Source: Chrysomallon squamiferum (Eukaryota > Animalia > Mollusca). From it: a stretch of DNA of 64,000 nucleotides. The position numbers and the translations under genes are program-made. The stretch lies in contig CM022679.1 in NCBI GenBank assembly GCA_012295275.1, forward strand, positions 17,112,001 to 17,176,000. Reading direction: 5' to 3'. Shown here piece by piece: positions 53,901 through 64,000 of the stretch (position 1 is the stretch's first letter; each line of letters opens with the position of its first letter). The notes under the pieces are model-generated. The model saw nothing but the letters and a program-made list of their open reading frames with translations. It made no database searches and was not told the DNA's origin.

Positions 53901-54437
53901 ATCAGTTTATTTAACATGAACCATTGACAAAATACAACACTGTAAAGATAGATAGTTATTTATTTGTAAATTTAAAAAATCCTGATCTTTATTTTATCTT
54001 CATTTTTAACTTTTAACTTTTTTTCTTTTTTTTCATATAGTAATAATTATAGGTCTGCAAAAAATTTAATAAAGCATATATTAAATATTAAATATATTGT
54101 CTATGATAGGATTTATATTTAGTGATGTTTCATTGTCCTGTTCTGAGAGACTCAAGTTTTGTTAAAAGTACTGGTATACCTATTTATTATGTCTGTGAAA
54201 CTCTGATGTTACTGTGTATTTATGGTAAAAACATTCTTTATCTTTTCCCCCATGAAAACTGCAAGGATTTTATAGTTTACATATCAGTTATCATCATCTT
54301 CCAGTCTTGACTAACATCCAAAACAAATACTTTTTCTTACAGAAACATTTTCGGTTTTGTGAGAACATTGAAAGCACTGAAGTAGTTAGTGTTTTTCTTT
54401 AGTCTTTGTGTCTGAATAGAGAATCCAGTGGTTGTAG

Positions 54438-54943
54438 TGATGTATTTTACATGTGAACTGATGTATTTTACATATGAAATGATGTATTTTACATATGAAA
54501 TAATTGTATATTGCATATGAAATAATGTATTTTATAGATGAAATTAAGTATTTTACATATGAAATGATGTATTTTACATATGAAATAATGTATATCGCAT
54601 ATGAAATAATGTATTTTATAGATGAAATTAAGTATTTTACATATGAAATGATGTATTTTACATATGAAACAATGTATATTGCATATGAAATAATGTATTT
54701 TTATAGGTGAAATTATGTATTTTACATATGAAATGATGTATTTTACATATGAAACAATGTATATTGCATTTGAAATAATGTATTTTTATAGGTGAAATTA
54801 TGTATTTTACATATGAAATGATGTATTTACACATTAAATGATGTATTTTATACAGGAAATGATACATCTTATATGTGAAATGATGAATTTTAAATAATTA
54901 GTTGATGTATTGTACATATGAATTGAGGTATTTTATATATGAA
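54438..54943. repeat. 21-bp minisatellite (TGATGTATTTTACATATGAAA) with 84-bp higher-order repeat
   Basis: About 24 units. The ORF at 54504 shows 7-aa and 28-aa periodicity. One detached unit lies near 54999-55022. Confidence 0.95.
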
Positions 54944-57900
54944 TTATTACAAACCATGTTTCATGAATTGAGTGTTTCACTAATCTAGTTAATATAAATG
55001 ATGTATTTTACATATGAACTGATCATGTTTTATTGTGATGGGCAGGTTATAGCTTGGAAAAAGACACCATTCCTTATGACACATGAATTTACCTCATCAA
55101 TCTTCCTTAAAATGTCAGTTGGACTATTTCTTTTTTATATCTTTTATGTGTAGTTTACTTTAAGTGGCAAAGTACATATAAAAGGTAATTTTTGCACACC
55201 ATGGCATAACATATTCTTTAATGCATAATTATTAAAATCACAATAACTTTATAAAAATAATGTGACATGTAGTTAATATCAGTTAAATAATAAAGTTAAA
55301 AAAATATTAAAAAAAAAATATGTATATTTATATGTTTATCACAAAGTGTGGTTATTTTCAGAACAGATATAAAATCAATTGGGCAATGTGTTAATAAGTG
55401 AAGATGTGGTTTTAGTTTGTCAAAATTGACACTTAGCACACTGGTTTGTGTATTTCTACCCACACACAGGTGCAGAAAAACAACACTGGATCACATCAAG
55501 TTTTTTGGCCTGTGTTAAACACATGTATGAGTTTATCATATCTCATAATCTCCACAGAATGTTGTGGCATTCCAACTATCATGGTGGTATTTTAACAGTT
55601 ACTACATTTTCATAGGTACAATCTAATTGATGCATTAAGCACATGGCAGTGGTTGGCATTGTAACTATACTGTCTCAAAACATCATTTTCTTAAACACCC
55701 AGATAAGAAATGTTGAGAAAAGTCATATAATGGATACCAGTATTAAAACTTTTATGAAGCAACAAAATGCTGCTGAATTTATGATAAGATAGTAGAGATT
55801 TTTTCTAACATTTGATTTTAAAAAAAAATGTTTTAATTTTATGTTCTTTTGATTCTAAATTAGCTGATTCTCAAATAAATCCTGTTTGTCTTCAACAGAA
55901 CTTTATTCAAAATCTCATTATCTTATTATTTAAACTATATTTAATTAATTTTTACCTTTTAATTCAGGTTTATACCTGAAAACCAGATTTTACAAAATAA
56001 TTTTGATAGTTCAAAATAATACATTGTTTTAATTGTTTCACTAATTACTCTATTTCAGAAAAATCTTTATCTCAGAGTATTGTGTTTGGTGGATTTTTTT
56101 TTTTTTTTACTGAATATGTTTTTAACTTTAAAAAAAAAGAAACAGACATAATTTAAATGTGTGCTATTTTTAAGGTTATTTCAGAACAAAACGAGGATGA
56201 TTTCTGGATATAAATGCAGTCAGGGTATCATAGAAGACTTAGTTTAATAATTTGATATGTAGGGAAAAAATTGTTATTAACCTGTTTTAACTATAATGAT
56301 GTAATATTTTAGTCAATTATATTTTTAAATATATTAAAATATTACACTAATAAACTTTAAAAAATAATAAATAAATAAATAAATAATTTAATAATAATAT
56401 AATAATAAGATATTTTATGATCTAACATTTTTTATATTATTTCTTGAAAACAGTCCATTGATCATATTGGAGTTAAACTGAAAATACTTGACTGAGTTCT
56501 AATTTAACATTTTTCTTTGTATTTGTTTTTTTTTCTTTCTTTTTTAACCAGTAGTGAAGAAACAACATTAAAATTATTTATTCTTGTTATACTTATTTCT
56601 TCTTTCAGTATAGGTAAAGTTCTGTATCATCTCTAGACATGTTAAAAATACATTCTGAGCTGATTTAGCAGCTAAAAACTTAGGAAGGTCCTAGCCTTAA
56701 TGGATTAAGAGATAGGCCAAGCAAACCAGAAAAGTGTGAAGGAAACCAAGTTAATTGGAAACCAACTTTTTTTTCTTTATGGTAGATTTTAGGAAGAAAT
56801 ATTATATCTTTAACAGGATTGAAAACATCTTCTGGTAATGATGTTTCCATAAAGTGATTTCTTTCTCAGAAGGAGCAGATGGTGTATCATACAGGGGCTT
56901 TGATGATTATTATTTTTCTCCTTTGATTGATAAAAGTCTTTTTCTTGTGTCATCATCATCATCATTTTTATTTCTATTTTTTTAAAGTTATTTTAATACT
57001 TGATATGTAACTTTATTTAAAAAACAAACAAAAAAACAAAATGTAATATGATAAAATTAAAAATGTTCATTAATGTATTTTTAATACTCTCAATATTCAT
57101 CTCTGTAAACATACAACAAGTGAATGTAATCTGGCAGAGTGTTGATAGTTTTTCACTGTGGTATATTCTGACTGAGGGTTCAGAAAAAAAGAAGAAATAT
57201 TTTCTTAATGACACCTTTGCACATATCATTTAATCAGCAGCATCTGCTTGTGTAACAGGATAATTGTAATTTCTTGGCAAGGTTTTTGTGAGCCACTAAA
57301 AGTTATTAGCAGCAAAGCATTATTACATATTCTTCCAAGCTAACATAAAAACACAAACCAGGATCACAGATGTGACATTTAACAGGCTAGCTGGAATGGG
57401 AAATAACCCTTTAAAGAGTCATTTAATATGTATAAATTATCAGTGTGATGTAACATGAAAACTCTGTGTTGAAATTTTAGTAAATATTATGACACAAATG
57501 ATAGAATTGGGAGAAGGATGCCATTTGATACAAAAACCATGAAAATATCAGTAGGAAATAATTTTAAATTGACATTACTGTTTACATAAAATGCAATCAA
57601 AAACAGACACTTGGGAGGCAGTAGTTTTCAAGAAAACCAATAAATCACAAAGTGTTTTAATTGTCAGTTAATTGAATGTTTCCAGCTTTCAGCACTATGT
57701 AAATACAGAATAATATATTATTTCCTGTTGAGCAACGGTTTATTTACTTTTAAACAGACAAAAAGGATAATATTTCGTTACAGAGGCTCAACTTATAGAG
57801 TTTTTATTAAAGTTTAAATGTTATGTAATCACTATATCCCAAGGACTGACATTTGGTTTAATGTAACATGTAAATATCAAAGGTAAAGATTATGTAAAAT

Positions 57901-58626
57901 TCATTGAAACTCACACCAAACACAGAGTCATCTGAGCATACTTCCATCTATATTCAGTCACTAAAATTAATTCTGAATCTTATTAATCTGATACTATTTT
58001 GGTTTTTGGTGTGTATGTGATTTCTTTTTCAACTTTGCTATAATTAGTTTTTCTGTAAATATTAAGTTCAGGGTTAAAAATTATTAAGAAAGATGGGTAA
58101 TGGTTTCTCCTTACTATCAACAGATTTGTAGTATTAAATGATATCATAATGTATAGTTGCCACTTACTGTGTCAGCCCAATGAATACAATTTTGAATTAA
58201 TTCATTTACATTTAGAATTTCAACTCAACATAAAATTTTACTCCAGTAATGTTAAACAGGTATCAAAAGGATTAATACAAAAACATTGCATAAACCTGGC
58301 AGGTTTATTTTAGTATTAACAAAATCTAGTTTTTACTGATGATGTTATTGCTTGGTGAAATATATAACTGAAGTCTGCCAGACAGTCTTGACAAATATGA
58401 TTCAGAAAGAAGGTAATGAGTTTTCCTTAACATCACTATGGTTGTAACACAAATAAAATCTGATGTAGTTTAGTCTTGTTAGTTTTTGCTTGATTGGTAA
58501 CTAAGACATAACAGTATTTTATAACAGTCATTCTCCAGCAAGTGCTTGTCATAAGTGTGACCTGTATTCTCAATGTTTGACTTTTCATTTATAAATAAAA
58601 TACAAAAGCTATTTATGTATTTGAAA

Positions 58627-58647
58627 ACACACACACACACACACACA
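58627..58647. repeat. (AC)n microsatellite
   Basis: Directly visible. Confidence 0.9.
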
Positions 58648-60241
58648 GATGTACACAGTATAAAGAAAGACACAAATACTGAGCTGTAATGTCTTTTCAT
58701 GTTTTAAAGCTTGTTTGAGTCAATTATTTATTAAGATGTTTTGTTGTGTTACTTATTTATTTTAGCTTTTTATTACTATTACTATTATTATTGTTGTTGT
58801 TATTATTTTTAAAAGTAGAGGTAGTGGTAGCAGTAGTAAAATATTTAAAAAATAAAATAAAATAAAAATAAATAAATGAAAATAAAGAAAATAAAGAACT
58901 AAATTTAAATTAAATAAATAAAATATATATAAAAAATAGTCTTTAAATTCATTGTCATTAAATATTAAGAATTTTTTTGTTATTATTCATTTTTTTTAAA
59001 TTTTATATTTTTTCTGATCATTAAGTTCCTTGTTTATATATGTCTAGCACCCCCCTGTTTGTTGATGACATTTGTAACTTGTAAAATATTATTTTCTAAC
59101 ATTAAATGAAATTAATAAACAATTAAATCACTTAGACTTTGATTTTTTTTAATATAATTATAACATATTTTTTGCTGTTTTGTTTTTTTGTGCATTATAT
59201 TTTTTTTTTGCTATGGAAAAATGAAAAAACCATCAGTATTTAAATGCCTCTCTTAGCAAGATTTGAAAAACAGACTTGAAGGAAAAACATTTATGACTCA
59301 CTAGAAGTCAGAGTAAATTACATAGGTTTTTATGTTTACCATTTGCAGTCAACTTTGAACATGCCTACATGATGTAAATGAGTCTAAATGTCATTTGCAC
59401 CTCTCAGTTATAAGCTAGCCATGAATGTGCACGTGCCACATAGGTCTGGCTTGCTCCTAAGACATGCTTCAAAATGCACATTAGCTGCAGCTAAGATCAT
59501 CAATTTCTGTGTCAGTGTTTTAGTAATGGGTCATTTCTTGTAAATGTAATAAGCAGGATGAAGATAAAAGCCTACATGTATAGAAATGTTTTGACCTCTT
59601 GTTAAAAAACATAAGCTAAATAATTGTGTCCTTCAGAAGTAATTAGCCACACCATGATAGGTCTGGCACAGCTGTTTGGGTCTGTGAAATTAAGGTGAGA
59701 CAAGCAGAGCTGTTTGCCATGTATAACAACAAATTAATAAGCCATACAGACAAGTCAGTATCATACTCTTGTCACAAGAAACACAGAAACTTTGTTTTAT
59801 TGTTTTGCTTATTACCAAGCAAGAAATTACTTATTAGTAATTTGAAGCTGCAGTTGTTTGATTTTTTTGATGTATGTGAAAGCAGTAATATTTCCTTGGC
59901 TTTTGTAACCATCCATTGATTCTTAATCAAATATAAAAAAGTTTCTGTTTAGGGGGTAATACCGTACACTTGTTGCTAATGTGGACATTTTTAATTTGAG
60001 AACTCATAAAAATAAATTGAAAATAGTTAACATATCATCATGGACATTTTATGTGGATTTCTTTCCACACTTCCTTCCAGTAAATAATGTTATTAAGTGC
60101 AGAAGAAGTTTTAAAATTATTACTTGGTTATTGGTTTTTATTGGCAGCATTTAGATAGATGATGGTAGTGATGGGTATTAAATAAGATATTTTAAAAATG
60201 TGTTTCGTTTAATAATATATAATGTTAAAGTGGTAAGTAAA

Positions 60242-60263
60242 TGTGTGTGTGTGTGTGTGTGTG
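60242..60263. repeat. (TG)n microsatellite
   Basis: Directly visible. Confidence 0.9.
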
Positions 60264-62472
60264 AAGGACAGAAGAAGATGTAAAAAGAATAGAAAAACGT
60301 TTTAAAAATATCTTCAGCATGATAGTGTATCTTTGATGTGCTTAACTAGTATTACATGTATAGGAACACTGGAGGAGGGGATAAAAGCACTGTAAAGCTA
60401 TTGCCTATTCATTATGAAATATATTAAAATTGTAATTGAAAGAAAAAAGATGCAGTTTGCAGAGCTCAGGAACTGTAGTGTATAGGATGGGCAGGAATGA
60501 AGAAGTATTTTATTTAATGACATACTTCAAATATTTCTGATATACAGAGATTAATGACAAGAAACAAGCTGTTGTCACAGAGTTGTCTGTTTGTTTTTTT
60601 TTTTTTTGGTTAGCAGTATATGCACCTTCCCAGAGATCTTCACATAGTAAATCATTTGAAGAACACTGGTGTAGAACAGGAAATGGATTAAGGGTTCTGC
60701 TGAGATGGAATAATCCTGTAACCATTTCTACACTCCAGTTTTAAATTTGTCCAGAGATACCACCACTGTTTCAGTCTTCCTTAACTTTAATAATAAACAG
60801 ATTATTTGTAACTAGCCAGGTGTCAACAGCAGTGTGTAATTTATAATTTTGAAAATCAGGAAACAACCTGGAATTATGCAAAACATGTTGGCCATTTCTT
60901 TTTGTGACAGGTATATTTTAAGGCACAAACTGCTTTTGTTTTTTTGTTGTTTTTTTCCCCAATTTTCAGCATATTGGTAATTGCCTTCTGACAAAAATTT
61001 GTACTTCTATTTAGCACTTAACACTGGGGTTTGCTGTAGATTTGTAATTATCAACATCTGTGACTGCTAGCAAATGTAATTTATCATTGTCAATAATTTT
61101 TAAGCCAAAGACTATACCATCAAGCAAGCATTCCTGATGGTTACATCTTATCTTAAAGCTTCTTCCTACTATTCTAGGTTTTCCTGCATGGTTAAATGTG
61201 TTAGTGGTTCAGATGTTTCCTGACATACACCAGTGTGTGCTGATTAATAATGCAGCATTGTTAGGGATTTGAGATAGCAGTGAAATGTCAAATATGTTTA
61301 AAACTTTCATAAACCTAACTACTTCCAGTGTTTCAAAAGTAAAAGAATCATAATGTGATGTCTTATTTTTCTAGTGCTGATTCATTTTAAAAATTATTTT
61401 GTTTTCATAACTTTCTGTGTCAGACTTTTGCTAGACATATTTGCAAGGTTATAAAGTTTTCATCTGTATATTTGTTGGCCACTGCTAGTGTTTATTTCAA
61501 CTCATATATCTTTCTGTGTTTGTCCTATAACTAATTAGTCCTCAATTACTATTAAAATGTGTGCTTTATAGTATTTCTCTGCTATAATAAATGTTATAAT
61601 AATAAAAATTGTCACAGCACCATACATTTTTTTTATGTGGCTGCCAAATGTGTTAACTTGTCTATGTGAAGACTTGTTTTAAAAATGTCACAGAATATTG
61701 AATTAATCTAATGTCAGTAACATGGAACATGACATCAACCACTAACATGGAAAGTTTTAGTAGGCTGATGTTTTTTTAAAATTGTTTTCTAATATTCTTT
61801 TAATCATTTACTTCTTTTGTTTCTTATGCTTCCTGGTAACGGACTTCATACAAGGTTTTTCCCTATTGCTTAAATTATTTTTGTCCTCACGAGTAATATA
61901 ATAGTCACTGATAATACAATATCAGAATTTAAAATTAGAAAAATGTATAATTATTGAGAGATATGATGGAAGAACACATTTAGCTGAACAACATAATAAT
62001 CTTGTGTGTGCAATAGGACCTAAATAGATCCATGGTTTATTGTAACCTGGAGTGAAAATGAATGCTAATTTAAACTTTGACTTGTTGCCATCTCTGATGA
62101 GAATCTGATCTTCTGAAAAAGTAAACAACTTAGAGCAAAAAAAAAAAAAAAATCAAAAAACAATTTAGGAATTAAAAAAAGAAGTAATAATATTTTTTTT
62201 TTAAAAAGACACAGAAACAAACATCAACCCAACTAAAAATAGAATAGCTAAAAGTTATTTTTTACAATACAATCCACATTAAATTTTTAGAAAAGCTTAC
62301 TTTACCCTTAAAAAATCTAATAACAAAATTAAATCAATATTATTCTCATATATGTATAATTCTGCATTTCAATTAGATAATATATACTATAGATGGAGAA
62401 CAGGGTGACTTAATACTATTTGGCATTTTATAAAATTTGAAAGTTATGAAATAAGCTTAAATTAAAAGCGAA

Positions 62473-62804
62473 GGTGCTGTGTAGCAGTGAAAAATTCCTT
62501 GCTGTAGTAAAGTATCGGTAAACAAGATTCTTTCAGTATGCAAACAGATTATAAATTTATTTCTTAAGTTCATTACTGGAAGCTAGTGTAGAGTGAACCC
62601 ACTAGGCCATTTCCTAGTAGTCAGAGTGTTCCTGTTTATGGAAAGGAGCATATAAAAGATCTCTTGCTGCTAATGGGAAAAAATAAAGAGGCTTATATGT
62701 GAAGACAAAATATGTCCAAAATGGCAAATGGATCATGTCCAGCAGCTGATGATAGAAAATTAATAAAAGTGCTTTTGTGGTGTCATTAAACAAAACAAAC
62801 TTTT
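62473..62804 (+). mobile_element. Decayed tRNA-derived SINE of gastropod type
   Basis: The core gcatataaaagatctcttgctgctaatgggaaaa and tail gtggtgtcattaaacaaaacaaactttt resemble an abundant gastropod SINE as recalled. The A-box-like head gtgtagcagtga is eroded. Confidence 0.7.
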
Positions 62805-63401
62805 AACATCAGGGTAAAGTAACATTGAAGAAACCCATTACTTCATGCTTCAGTGATGATTTTCACCACATAAGTATTGGCATAAAATTAATGGATTTGG
62901 AAGGCTTAGTATTTATAAACACATGGCAGTGGTCACTGTTGGTGTATGTGTATTTCCCTGCAGCTCACAGCAACACAGGATGGTTATGCATATAGCAGAT
63001 GTGTTGAAGAACTTCTGTTCTAGTACATATTTTTGCCAGCTGGTTTAGATAACCAACAAGAAGTAGTGACAGGGATGTTTGCCTTTTAACTTGGCCAGAG
63101 GCATATTCAGATTTTGTGTTGGTCAAAGAAAAAGAAAGGAAATAAATATTTGGTAGTTCACTTCTTTGATCATCCGAAAAAAGAAAAGAAAATAGTGTTT
63201 CAGTTTTCATATTCTGGATTTTTATTGTCTTGTCTTAAGAAGCTACAGATGGAAGGATAACAGTTATATTTGAAAAACAAGACTTTTTCTCATTTAGTTT
63301 GTTGTCAGTATTCAAGAATGCGTCAAATTAAGTTTTATATATATATGTTAGGAAGCACTGATCATTGTTTGATTTAGATAAATGCTTTGATGATACTAAT
63401 C

Positions 63402-63602
63402 TTAAACACCTTCATCTTGTAAAATGAGCTATTTTAAACACCTAACTATTCTATAATGAGCAATACTAGTACCTAACCTGTTTTAAATGCTTAAATATTG
63501 TCAACTGAAAAATTTTCAATACCTTTATCTTGTACACAAAACAATTTTAGATACATATTTCTTGTACACTAAAGAACTACACTGCATTATTTTAAACACC
63601 TG
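63402..63602. repeat. Highly degenerate ~30-bp tandem repeat (ttttaaacacct..atcttgtacac)
   Basis: Recurring taaacacct / aatacct / tcttgta motifs. Confidence 0.45.
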
Positions 63603-64000
63603 AAGGAAAGGATGTTCAGACACATGCTTCCTTCATTTCACAGTCAGCCATGAGAAACACAAATGCCTGCTGTTAACCATGTTGTGAAATCTAACCACTC
63701 GGGTCCACTTTATTTATGATTTATTCTCCAGCTTTTGATATCATATACTAATATGTTTTCTTATTTACTGAAAGGTACACCTGAACATATAACTGTCTTG
63801 TATTACTAACAAGAAAAGGAAAGAGATACATTTTAAAATTAAACAAACCCTGTTTGCTGCCTGTTGTAATTTGGTTAATTGTCTAAAACAGCTTTAGAAA
63901 AGAGAGAAAAAAGAAAAATGGCATTGCAGCTGTCTGCTAGATCAAATAACAGTTTGTATTAGATATAGATATGGAATATATATTTTATAACAGCAAATTT

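Noticed and set aside
54504-54867. MYFTYE-repeat ORFs
   Set aside because: Translations of the 21-bp minisatellite with frameshifting units.
60655-60676. tttgaagaacactg-gtgtagaa, possible hAT terminal repeat
   Set aside because: No convincing partner TIR or TSD found.
1032-63210. Most ORF-track entries (hydrophobic F/I/L/Y-rich 60-130 aa ORFs)
   Set aside because: Typical chance ORFs of AT-rich introns and microsatellites. Many start at TTG/GTG and none has a domain signal. Only the parts overlapping the spliced exons are retained.

Overview
AT-rich, CpG-depleted eukaryotic genomic DNA from an invertebrate. A SINE remnant suggests a gastropod mollusc, which is an inference. Two spliced genes lie head-to-head. 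On the minus strand is a complete STPG2-like (sperm-tail PG-rich repeat, SHIPPO-repeat) gene. I reconstructed it by hand from 11 coding exons, from ATG at 43937 to TAG at 1411. All introns are GT-AG and phases are consistent, giving 1731 nt or 576 aa with about 12 PGPGxY-type repeats. On the plus strand are the first two coding exons of an extended short-chain dehydrogenase of the SDR42E (3-beta-HSD-like) family (45522-45692, 50822-50917). The rest of that gene appears to lie beyond the window. The genes share a short CpG-retaining promoter region (about 44280-44720) with X-box-like and YY1-like motifs. Introns hold minisatellites, microsatellites, a hAT-type MITE with TSD, a Tigger4/MER46-like pogo MITE, a SINE remnant, a duplicated ~100-bp element with U2 snRNA-like segments, and several enhancer-like blocks. 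Most ORF-track entries are intronic noise. I found no convincing wholly new system; the findings are candidates of modest strength. Similarities to named families are from recall, not from database searches.
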